This document shows, piece by piece, positions 13,101 through 25,002 of a stretch of 41,134 bases of DNA. The stretch is from Sphaeroforma arctica JP610 (taxonomy: Eukaryota), in the NCBI RefSeq assembly GCF_001186125.1, contig NW_014039860.1, positions 1-41,134 of the forward strand, written 5' to 3'. A program made the translations under genes and the position numbers. The first letter of the stretch is position 1, and each line of letters begins with the position of its first letter. The notes under the pieces were generated by a model. The model saw only the letters and a list, made by a program, of their open reading frames with translations, ran no database searches and was not told the origin of the DNA.

Positions 13101-14017
13101 TTGTGCTTGGCAGTGTGACGGTGTACATGCTGTGTCGGTTTGGCATAGCGTGTCTTGTCCTTGAATGAAGCGAGACAAGAACTTTGGTTGAGTAGTAGCA
13201 TTATATTGCATGATGATGAATATAACGGGCGGACCAAAATAGCGTACCACATGCGCTGACAAGCTCTCGCAGTGCAACATAGCAGCGTCGAGTCGAGACA
13301 TTACGCGTGTGTCCATCATGACGAGCTTAACCCAGTGGTGGCTTAGGGATGAACCTCGACAGGTGTTCAGTTTCAAGTAAAATCGGAAATACCAAATACT
13401 ACTACATTGAATAGATGTTGCAAATAAAGTATGTGATTACATTCGAGTATGTGGTTCTCATGGCCCCTCATTCGGCTGAATACACATCCATGCCACCTAC
13501 CCTGTGATAGAATTGTGCTTCGCTGAACGCATCTCTGAGCGATCTCGATTCCCCACCTGTTTGTTTTCAGAGTTTAATCACTTTCAAACATTGCAGTTTG
13601 AACACACTCCTGCTCCTTCACAAGACCGTCTCATTTATGCAGTGCGGCTGTATGAAGCCTCCAAGCGGGCTTTGTAATTTTCACAAGGTGTATTATTCTT
13701 TTGGCGATTGATCTCAGAAATTCCATGCTATGCGTGCATACGAAGGCACATGACAGTCATCCGAAACACAACTGGCGGTGATTGGTTCAGTTGTGCTATA
13801 TTTCCAGCTTATGGCAGTGAGTGAACCATTTATGACTACTAATAGTACCAAAGCATAGCTATAACCTTTTCTGTACACAGCAGAATGTTCGCTTAAACCT
13901 AACATTTGTATACAACTGACAGTTTTGCTGGCAATTAGATACGGGGCCGGTAATTGATCATCCAGAACGAAGCAGCATACATTGCTACAACGATCACTTG
14001 CAACACTGGTACGTCAA
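10187..14017 (-). pseudogene. Frameshifted multi-exon 7TM (GPCR-like) receptor gene with long ICL3 and long low-complexity C-tail; 5' end possibly extends to ~14875
   Basis: Candidate exons: 14017-13742, 13556-13501, 13255-13009, 12609-12451, ~12340-12196, 12068-11996, 11942-11820, 11694-11619, 11430-11364, 11256-11173, 11111-10187. They give TM3 (VLQVIVVAMYAASFWMI), TM4 (YSYALVLLVVINGSLTAISW), Cys-containing ECL2, TM5 (VVRYFGPPVIFII/CNIMLLL), TM6 (KSEYRV/SWFYMLALHLCNGP) and TM7-H8 (FFLDIFPYVAIISSTQDPFVSYHLSVLLRE). Four 1-nt frameshifts must be assumed (~13952, ~13212, ~12049, ~11666). Confidence 0.6.
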
Positions 14018-15314
14018 CTTGAAGATTAAATATTGAAAATCATATGGATAAAAATACCCACAAGACACAGGACGTGATAAAATAGCAGCAGATATGTCGC
14101 ACAGACAGCTTGCTTTGCACATCGTGGCATAATATGTTCGATTATACCTTTAATCCGTGACACAAATGGAGCACGGAGTCCCTTGTTGAAGATCCCCAGA
14201 GTCTGAATCAGTATTATGCATCCAATTTAACGATATAGGTCTAGAATCATAGTTAACTATTGCTTTACGGTGTACAATACCTCACCATGATATTTAGCCA
14301 GCAGCACGCAGAGGTGCAATACAGATATGTACTGAATTAATTGCTGTCGAAAACGAGTTTTCTTCAGTAGATCAATGTCCAATGCGTACAGTACATGTCT
14401 CACACAGAAACAAACGATCATCACCCTGATGTACTAAGACAGGCGTGATGTTTATGCAGATATCCAAATAGCCAGCAAATATCTTACTCTATCTATCTCA
14501 TGTAGCAATCCTGTGATTTGAGAGGCTAGCACATGAATAAGCGAAGAGAAGTTTAAAGCTCAGTATAATTTTTAGTATGTATGATTCGACCATGGGTGTT
14601 TTGATGCATATAGATCAAGTAGCCGTAACAATCGTTAAAATTGCAGAAAGTTGATTCACAAAGTTCAACTGGAAATCGTAGATGGACGATATCAAAACTT
14701 CGCAATCGACGTTTGATTCAGTGCACAATCAATAGCAATCTATCCTTGTTGGATAGCTTGCCCGTCTACTGTGATTAGCCAAATTTGAGCTCGTTGACAA
14801 TAGTGCACAAACAGGGTCAGCATTTCGAATGAAACATCTGCTACGAGTCGAACAAGGGAATATTAACTCCAACACCTGAAGAAAATTAAACGCATCATTG
14901 AAACACGGCCCAATGAAGCTTATAAACAGCTGTCACCGCACGTGAACTGGCGCAGCGTATCAAATCAATTCCCAAGCATACGTTGGCAATGCAACGTTTA
15001 GACTCTGAGGGGCTAAACGCATTCAATATTTGTGTACAATTTTCCGGACAGCTGCTTGGCATGAAACTCTTTAATGAATTACAGATTCTATTAAAAACGC
15101 GAATTTTTCAGGGATGCTTTACACACCCACAACCTACTTGCACAATATGCCCCTACTTGCGGAAAATTGCACCTTAAATATACCGAAAGATATCGTTCGC
15201 ATGTTATACACATACAAAGTAAACGCGGCACAACCAAGCCTGTGTCATTCATACAACATCCTCCGCCGCACAAGCAACAAACAGAGACATTGCATGCATA
15301 AACCAGATACCTAC

Positions 15315-15581
15315 CCCACTTGTTCTTTCTTCAGGGCGTCGCCGCTTCACATTGCCCGCCTTAGTGTCCACAGTCACACTAGTCGTACCATTCTTCCGCC
15401 TGCGCTTACTTGTACTACTACCCTTTCTACTCTCATGTTCAACAACCTTATCTGTTTGTGTACGCTTTCGCTGTCCATCTTTATTGGTTTCTTTCTCACT
15501 TGCTCCGGTATCGCAGCGCATATAAGCTTTGAGATCCCTCTCTAAGATCTCTAATGAGCTTTCGAACGGCATGTAGGCCAT
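15315..15581 (-). CDS. Possible first exon of a hypothetical basic/charged protein or gene remnant
   Basis: MAYMPFESSLEILERDLKAYMRC...KRRRKNG...KRRRPEERTSG ends at a GTAGGT donor. No convincing downstream exon could be joined. Confidence 0.3.
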
Positions 15582-16598
15582 TTACCGCCCAAAGGCTTCG
15601 GCCAGGATCACGCTACCATGTGATGAACTGTATGAACAACTAAAAGATGCAACTTTTCATATTAAGCAAAGAGTGTATTCATATGCAGGTGGATACATAA
15701 CAGTATTGGTATGAGGTTCTGTGTTGTGCAATTACGGATAGACATACACTTTCACAAAGCCACTACTTCCTCGACTGACCGAATGAAACTGAAGCTACTT
15801 ACGCAACTGATCATATCCTGATAAAGGTACGCTACGCTCCGCAACTATCTCGCTAATACGTACTCATGTAGTCGCGTGTTTATGCACAAATATCATGCAA
15901 ACATGGCATAATTGTATGATGTAAGTATGATGCAAGTATGAACGTAGTTATCGTGTACGTGAGCTTTGTGTAGCTAACTAACAAATAAATATTTAGCTAT
16001 GTATAGAGATATGTATTGAAATAAAGAAGTTCTTTCGTGTGACATTCTTGTAAACGGGAACATTTGGTTCACCGGGAGCCCGCCAAAAATCAACCCTATT
16101 ACAAACTTTACATAAGAAACATAACTTTTCGTAAAATATATTTAAAACGACAAACATTCATTATTGAAATTAAGGTGTTTTTAATTTCTTCACAATCTGC
16201 TGGGTGAAGTTTTCTTGTACTTCAAAAAAAACAAAAAACAAAACAAAACACAATAACAATTAAAAAAATAGAAATTAGTTTGAAACGCTGATGGTATTTA
16301 ATTACAATAAAAACACAAAGGAATAGAACGTCGCCACTTCACCAACGAACCGCGTGTCCACTGTTCCGCTTATCAGGCGCCATCAGTGTTCGACAGATTA
16401 GATCGAAAATTAAATAAATGGATTTTAGAAGCTAAGCAAATGCGGCTGACTGTGGCCCAATGGTAATCAGTCGACGCCGAATGCTTAACATACCTAAAAT
16501 CCTAGATATGTCTGCAAAAAAAAAGTATCAATGTATAAGGATTTATTAGGACACTTGCGCCATCCATTATTATACTGAGTAGCTATTGAGGAATAGAG

Positions 16599-19500
16599 AT
16601 GATCATATCAGGGATTCAAACGGCCGCGTCTGCAGCCGTGCAGCCTGTAGCGGAAAACAGCAATTGGCTTTGGATCAAATGGCGACTTGCACTAGGAGAT
16701 CATATCGACACAAAATATTCTGTATGTAGTAATGTGTACTATTTAACAGCTTGTACTAGATGACAATATTGCCTCACAAAGTACTGCTTGTGTATGAAAG
16801 TGATTTAGGGATTACGTATGATTAAAAGTAAATTATTGCACAGTCATCAATTAGGTTGGCATACTTGAGAAAATATGGAAAAAGAGGTTTCTTTATATCG
16901 AATGCACGCTTGAGATTTGAAACATAACTATTCAAACAAGCTACGTGTGTACGTACCAAATAATCAGCGAGCCTATCTCAAAATTCAAGCCGTATATGCA
17001 TCAAAAGTAAAACGACATTTTCGCATGTTGCTTCATCAGGTACTAATTTTAAATCATTCTTCACACATCAGGAGGGCAAGACTGCACTGCATTTAGGATC
17101 ACAAAACGGATACTCGTCATTGATTATATTTCTCCTTGACCAAAACGCTGACGTCGATATTCTTTCAAAAGTATGTGCTCAAGTAGCTAGTCGTATTAGA
17201 CGTAATAGAATATTTTCTTCGTATATTTGCCGTTTCAACGCCCAGGAACAGATTATGGTGATTTTTGAACCAATTTATATACACACAGGACTGATTGTTT
17301 ACGAACAAATATTCGGTACTCCACAGGAAGGCTTGACAGCACTGCACTATGCATCACAAGCTGGAAATCTCGATGCCGTTCGTTTATTAGTTGATGCCAG
17401 CGCTCGCATCGACATTTTAAACAAGGTACTACAGTTTCGTTCTTTTCATGTAATTACTTGCAAGTCGTTTGTGAATACGATCACAATTTACATGAATTAA
17501 ACCTTTAATATACCATTTGTTATAGGTGGTCCTTCGTATGTATGTCCGTTATTGTGAACCGCGTGTATACTGATTATTTAAAATCGGTGCATTTTTCCAC
17601 ATTTCGTAACAACTACATGTCATTTATACCCGATGGGTTGCGCACATTTACAGGATGATAACACAGCGCTAGATGTGGCTAAAAAGGAAGGTCACAATCA
17701 AGTGGTGAAAGTGATTGAACACAGGGCTCTAGATTTAGCTCGACTAGAAACAATTAGGCAACTCAGCAAAACGAATAAGGAACTGATGACGCATGTGACT
17801 AAGACCTCACAGGTACATTTTCACAATATTACAATTTAATAGTCCAATTTCCGCGCTGTTATTTTGGAAAAAGAGCGTATTATCATAATATATATTGCTA
17901 CATTGCAAATATCGGTTTTATATGTGATTTCAAGGCAAATTGACATTTTCCGAGTTAATATACATGCTATGTACAAGAAGAAAAGAAACAATGCTACAAA
18001 CGATAGAATAGGCATTTAATCCCTGCTTACAAAACAATACACACACAAATGTAAGGTAATCCCGTATATTGATCACAGATGTATAACGACAAATTGGCGT
18101 ACATAGATGAGCTGGAAAATGAATGTCACGTACTGAGAAGTGTAGCTGCACGTATTGCAAGTGAATGCAGTGAAAAGGACGACAAAATTGAGAACTTAGA
18201 GGACGACATGGTACAACTTCTAAGCCAAATGGTCAACATCACAGGTAGTGTAGTTTAACGACATGTATACTTTTTGTGTTCAATTATATGCAGAGTTCAT
18301 ACGTAAATAACTATTGTACATTTTAGCTTATATACGTTTTATTTATTTTACTTAATATTGTATAGTCTTCCATAAATCATAATATAGATAGTCAAATATG
18401 ATGTTGTCCGTATGTTGTTCAATAGTACTGACATAGTCAAATTTTACACTTGTATGCATCTGTCTCAATTACTGTTCCTGAATTGCCCATTCAGAGACTC
18501 GTGTGTTTTTGAATGAAAGCCACGACCAACTGGGAGCCGTGGACGAAGATCTGTTAGGGTACGTGTTCCCCTCAAACAGATCAAACAGTATAATCTTAGA
18601 GGACCTTCCATGCATGGAGTTAAATGCACCCAGCAGTCAAAATCGCGATCAAGTCAGAGATGATGTGGAAAACAACAGTAGTGCTGAAGAATATTTCGGT
18701 CATATTGATGGTTATGTGAAAGGAATTCACGGTGTGATCGACACCTCGGTAGATACAGTGCACGACTGTGCAATATCCGATGAAAGCCTCAGTGATTCTT
18801 ATGATTCTTCAATTGAAGAGGATTTGGATGATGCTCTTGAGAGATCTAATGAAGCTGTGGAGTTGGGCAAGAAGAGAGCGGTTGACATCGCTTCACAGAA
18901 ACTCGAACGGTGAGTGATTGTTTCACTGAATTTGACTATTCGATGAAGTACGGAGTGGAATTGCGTACCATATGTGTTGGACCGTACACTTCCATAATAA
19001 TGTACACATTGTATGAGAAATTTCACTCTACCGTAATACCTTTTATTTAGGCTCGCTAACTTTAATTTAAGTGCATAAACTGTATCTGAATTTTTTATTT
19101 CAGCGATCTGTTCACTACATATCGGTGTGCGATGAATGCCAACAGAGTGCACATGCAGAGCGTGTTCTCTGAGATGAAAGAGCGGAGAAATAGAGCAAGT
19201 GCACAGACGGGTACTGGCGATGCAATGAAAAATGCCATGGTTGTAGCCACCACATGTGATAAGTGCGACAAGTAAGTCTATATAATACAGTCGACTCTAC
19301 TCGTCATCTCTTTTGTAGGATGTGTGTTTATTTTGGGGTCCAATATACAGTGTAGATGGCACAATCAAACTATACAATACTGTATGATCGTGAATGAGTG
19401 CGTATGAGTATTCAACAAAACAGTGTATAAAATGATACAAGATACACAGACCCATATCAAAATCTATGATATTAGGCAAATTAACTGCTAGTTGTATCCG

Positions 19501-20330
19501 AAGGAAAGAGGTATGATGTATATCTGATTTTACGAGATTTGTCGCACACTTTTCTGGGTGACAGTTACACCAACAATGTGAGGCTGTAAGAAGTACAAAC
19601 CCTACGTCATCGATCTCAACTAGGGATTGAATTTATGGCACAACATTTATCAAAGGAAAGACGTACTCAATATTTTGCACAAAACTTTAGATTTCTAACA
19701 CAACTCTAATTATCATCATACAGGCGCGTTACGGTGTCAGACGGATTGTTTTGTCAGCCGATTATGAAGCCAGACGACGACGTTAAGAGATCAAGTCATT
19801 TCCTGTGCGGCGACTGCATCGGACAACACGTGCAGGCAAGTTGCCCCACAAAGCGCGAAGCCAAAGCGGAATCAATCGAGGTATACATTTATGTGCTTTC
19901 GACAGCAACTTGATATTTGTTTTCGTTACTACTAAATTCGAAGGTGCTAGGACTACATTCTGAACACTGATGTATTGAATTGTGTAGAGTAAAAGTGAAC
20001 GCGAGCAAGAATACAAATTCATTCGGACCATATTGTTGATTACTTCAGGTGCACTGTGTGTGCGAAGGATGTGACAGTCATCCATACACAACCAAAGCAC
20101 TCGCTCGAGTACTGAACGAGAAGGATTATGGCATTTATATGGCATGCGTGTTAAGACATGCAGAGTATGAATTGAGGCAAGGCCTTGTCCGTGAGATGCG
20201 CTCAGCGACTCAGCAAATCCCTGCGCACACAACAGGTAGTGATCGTAAACGAAGCTTTTACAAACAGAAGTCTATCGCCGATATGATAGACGCTGACACC
20301 GAAGAAATCCTCACAGGAGGAGGGTACTAA
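16599..20330 (+). CDS. Ankyrin-repeat, coiled-coil, acidic and RING (RBR RING1-like) protein, 9 exons, 555 aa; putative E3 ligase
   Basis: Exons 16599-16721, 17072-17170, 17327-17425, 17654-17812, 18079-18244, 18495-18909, 19104-19271, 19724-19880 and 20049-20330 are all GT-AG and phase-compatible (1668 nt). Ankyrin motifs: EGKTALHLGSQNG, EGLTALHYASQAGN, DDNTALDVAKKEGH. RING: CDKC...GLFC...HFLCGDC...CVCEGC, split over three exons. Confidence 0.88.
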
Positions 20331-21390
20331 GAGTGACCAGCGGTGTGTGCTATGCGCTGCGGGTATTCAATTATTCATCAGTAAGTAGCATATCGGTACA
20401 CCATTCAGGTTGCAAATTGACATCAGCTCCGAAATAAAATATAGTATAAATTTCTAGTGTATTGCATAAAAAAAAACGGAATGCATAAAAGACCCCAAAT
20501 AAACCCCTCGCTTTAGTCTTCACATACTCTATAGCCTATAGAGAGAACCCATGATGAATGATTGAACTTATTATTGTAATAATTGTTGCATGTGCATATC
20601 ATATTGTTATTTGAGCTTTTTTATATCATGTAATGAACTATTGGATACAAAAATGAACCAGTTTTCTAAAAAAAAAGAGTAGAAATCCTCTATTGATAGA
20701 GTAAGTTATGGGTTAAAAAATAGTGGAGGTTGAAACTATGCAATATTATTGGTTGAACCGAAATAGTTGAAAAAACAATCACTGAAAGTCTGAAAACATT
20801 TCAAAACAATCACTATTCATTTGTGATCACAATCAAGCACTATTAGTATTTCAAATGGTCAAGGAACAAAGGTGTTATTTAGATAAAGGCTATTGTTGGC
20901 CAGTAAATTATCATTTTATATATATTTACAAGATTGTGAGTGTGTATTGCATTAATCAAACAGGCATACCCATAACAGGCATATCCTGTCCTCTGTTTTT
21001 TTAGAGATACAATTGTTTTGAAATATGTAGCAAAGATCTAGCAATAGAGCAATAAATAACTTCCTTTTAAAGACTTGAGCAATTTCTACCATGTGAAACC
21101 CATAAAAGAAATTTGTTGGTGTAACGGTCACCCAGAAAAGTGTGGGACAAATCTCGTAAAAGCAGATATACATCATATCGCTTTCCTTCGGATATTCTCC
21201 AAGCAACAACTAGCAGTTAATTTGTATAATATCACAGATGTGCTATACATGCAATTCATTCCCCGAAAATAGTATAAATTTCGATCCAGAGCTCTCACTT
21301 TAATCACAACTACAAATCAAACAATTTGATTTTTTTTACACACATCCCAGTTTGAACTCTAGTGAGTTGATTACCGAAATATTATCAATA

Positions 21391-22013
21391 ATGAAGTATT
21401 CTGCTGCTGCTCTACTAATTTGTACCTAGGTCACGAGCTATGCCGTAAATGATGTCTCCGCATTCGTCGCCCCGGAGAAGGCCTTCGATAGCGACTTCAT
21501 GCTGACAAGCCACAACTTACAGGTCCCGGAGGAGGCTTGAAACTCACAGTCGGTGATAACAACATGCCCAAATCATCAGGCGGTGGCGCCCCAGGAAATT
21601 GGCCGGACATCAACGGGGTTGGCATGAGTATAGTTGCCTTCCGTCTCAATGAATGCGGGGCCGTTGCACCTCACGTACACTCAGATGCTACTGAGTTTCA
21701 AACGGTTGTCATGGGCGAAGGTGTGATTGGCACTTACGGAGTGGGTGACAATACGCTGAGATTAGAGCACGTCAAAATGGGAGATATATTCTTTTTCTCA
21801 AGAAGCAGCATGCACTTTCAAATCAACGTGGGTTCCGAAGCGTTCGTTTCTGTAGGAGCTTTTGATGTTTCACAGCCAACTGCCGCTCTAGTTGTTGGAT
21901 TTGTCGGGCAACTTGGTGATGTTAAAAAAGCACTGGGTCTTGATACTGATTCGAGTAAAGATACCGACGGCCTTGACGGAGTATTCCCACAGTTCAAAAT
22001 GTCAAACTGCTAA
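21391..22013 (+). pseudogene. Secreted germin/spherulin-like cupin, disrupted
   Basis: The signal peptide MKYSAAALLICT is interrupted by TAG at 21427-21429, and a frameshift near 21520 joins to GPGGGLKL. Germin box 1 GAVAPHVHSDATEFQTVVMG is present; box 2 GDIFFFSRSSMHFQIN has the canonical P and G replaced by S. Intronless. Confidence 0.85.
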
Positions 22014-22867
22014 GAGATTATCGAAATGTTCATGGATATGAGTGTCCATCCGGAAAGCCATATGTAAGATTGCAACGCCACACTTCTTAACTCAGTTAAA
22101 TAATGAGTTATATATATTAAATACAACATACTCAAAGAAACTATTCAAACCTGTTCGTAGCATATCAAGAGTGCAACCCGCACGATATATGTCAATGATA
22201 GTCTTATGTGTGAGGGCACATACCACGCTCATGAGATGTAGATTGCAAACCACTGAATCACTATAAAGTCTTGCAGTCGGCCATGAATGCCGCGCTAAGT
22301 TCTTGAAACACCGAAACATGCATACTCGGATCAGATTTATCGGGCATTGTATCATAACACGATATACAGCGGAATAGGTTTTCAGACGTGAAACAACTTA
22401 TTTGTATTCTTTATTGCTGGCTACGATGCAAAAAATTGACGGTACCATACGGGCTATTCTATAGATACGCAAATACATGGTAAAACATGCAGAATTTATT
22501 TGTTTTCTGTTGACGGCTCTGGTCAAGGAAGATTTCTGCAACAATCAAAAGCCCGAAGCCGAGTATTGTATTGGTGATATATGGCATGTCAAATGTATCA
22601 GAATAGTCGCTCACTCAACAATTGGTAGTCTTCCAGGCTCCACTTAACTGAGAATGCATATCCCACACGCTCATTGTTGACAACTTTCGGTACAACGCAA
22701 AGTTCGGTTATATTCGACAGATTTAAATTGCGATTAATTTTCGACAGACCAACTAAGATTCTCTTAGCCGGATGTAAACTCGTGCTTAATTAAAAGTGAG
22801 ACGTTACAGATACAGTATAACACAGTATGATGAAGCCTAGATAAAGAATATATCACAATTACGAGGT

Positions 22868-23109
22868 ATAAATGAACAATTCTCTGTCTGTGCACTATAT
22901 ACGAGCTTCATTCATGATACCGTGTCACATCTCCCGTGTTTCGGTCCAACCGCTTTATGAATAAAACATGTAGAGAGAAACTGGAATCAATAAATGAACA
23001 ATTCCCTGTCTGTGTACTACGTACGCGCTTCACTCATGATATCGTGACACATCTCCTGTGTATCGGTCCAATCGCTCAATGAATAAAACAAGTAGAGATA
23101 AACAGTAAA
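22868..23109. repeat. Diverged tandem duplication, 2 x ~121 bp
   Basis: ataaatgaacaattc...cggtccaa...gaataaaaca.gtagaga.aaac occurs twice in direct succession. Confidence 0.9.
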
Positions 23110-23439
23110 TATTTCTAACATGCATGATGCTATAAATAAGCCTTCACATAGATACACTAGGCAAGTTTACACTGAGTATGTTATCCCGTAACAGGTCCGT
23201 TCAACATTGTATGTCAAATAATCGTGTGACAAAACCATAACAACTCACATGACCAAGTTCAACATATTCATATGCTAATTAACCTTACATCGTGTTTTCT
23301 ACGAACTAACATGAAAAACTTGCGGAATATATTAGCATTCATATGAAACCATGAATAGCAATGTTGACACTCAAAAACTTTATGAATATGGAAACAATAA
23401 AACGTCAATAAATACAGAAACATATTGCAACACTAGGTA

Positions 23440-24521
23440 TCACACACACACACATATATATATAAACGTATATAAATAAATTTATATAAACACATACATA
23501 CATATATACACACACGCATATATATATACTCAATTACAATCATAGAAATATAGATATACATATACATTAAGATATAGATATACACACCCACACACACGTA
23601 CATATTTGTATATATATATTTAAATGCATATATATATATATATATATGTATAAATCTAACATGAATTAATAATTAATTTAACATGTATACTTATATCAAA
23701 ACTAACCAACCCACCCCCACCCCCAAAACCCCTCCCAACACACACACATATATATATATATCGGAAAATGTATGAATATATTTTTATATCAAAACATATA
23801 TAGTTATATATAAATATATACCTGTCTATATATACATAAACATGTATAGTTGCTTATAATAAATATATATGCATATCTGTATATAGGTATATAAATATAT
23901 ATATACTATCTACATATACAATACAAATATGTACATATAAATAGTTAAATGTATCAAAAACCCACACACACATATATATATATATCTCCGAAAAAGTATA
24001 AATATATTTTTATATCAAAATATATTTACTCATATGTACATATATATATATATGTATAAGTATATGTTTACATATGTATATATACGTAAACATTTATAGT
24101 TATCTAAATAGATATAGATACACATATATATACATATCAGTATATAGATATATAGATATATGCATATCTGTATATAGATATATATATATGCATATCTGAA
24201 TATATATATATATATATATACTAGCTGCATATACAATACGTATATGTGAATAGTATGACCAATATATATACATATATACTTTTATACACACAGACACACA
24301 CATTTATGTATATATATATATACAAAACTAATATATATATATATACATACATGAATATTCAAGGATATTTATATATATATATATATAAATAGATGTATAT
24401 TATTTACGTATTTGTAAATGTTCATTTGAATATATATATACTTATACGTATAGCTGTATACACACAGACACACATGTATGTATATATAAATATAACACAC
24501 ACACATATATATATATATATA

Positions 24522-24594
<73 letters not shown>

Positions 24595-24600
24595 TACTGA
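23440..24600. repeat. Long degenerate (TA)n/(CA)n low-complexity tract with an internal duplicated block
   Basis: Visible dinucleotide tract. A block ending aatatatttttatatcaaaa occurs at ~23740-23795 and ~23960-24020. Confidence 0.9.
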
Positions 24601-24625
24601 AACAGCACACATCGCTCTCACTGAG

Positions 24626-25002
24626 TTATATGCTTTTGAGTGCAGTCGTATTGACCATCCTAAAATACCTAGATCCTTTTACTTATCCACTTTGTATATA
24701 TAGAGTAAGAGTCGCATACTTTGTAGATTTGACCGTGAACATCTCTGTAGTCAATATTTGATATACTAGTAGTAATATACTGGTGCTGAAATCAATGGTG
24801 CAAGATACAACAATCAAGCGGACATTCTTTTTTAATTTGATGTTTCGTTCATACGTGCCGGTGATGACTTGCCTGTGCGTCCTTGCTTTGACCTTAGCCA
24901 AATGTGTTCGCCAGAACAAGCGGATTAACCAGCGTCATACCTTATTGTAATATGGTAGCGTAACCTCGTATCCCCGAGTGCTCGGAGCGTAAGAAGAAGC
25001 GG
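24626..25002 (-). pseudogene. Possible decayed C-terminal fragment of a membrane (7TM-like) protein
   Basis: After an AG acceptor: GYATILQ*GMTLV / IRLFWRTHLAKVKAR...KLKKNVRLIVVSCTIDFSTSILLLVYQIL...YATLTLYIQSG*VKGSRYF. The layout is hydrophobic, basic loop, hydrophobic, hydrophobic, with stops and a frameshift. Confidence 0.3.

Noticed and set aside
14600..14875. TM1/TM2 of the 7TM gene (GVGVNIPLF; LNQTSIA/EVLISSIY)
   Set aside because: Needs several extra frameshifts and stops; suggestive but too weak to include in the gene model.
19104..19275. Ankyrin gene ending at TAA 19275
   Set aside because: A strong GTAAGT donor at 19272 splices in phase to 19724 and completes a RING domain.
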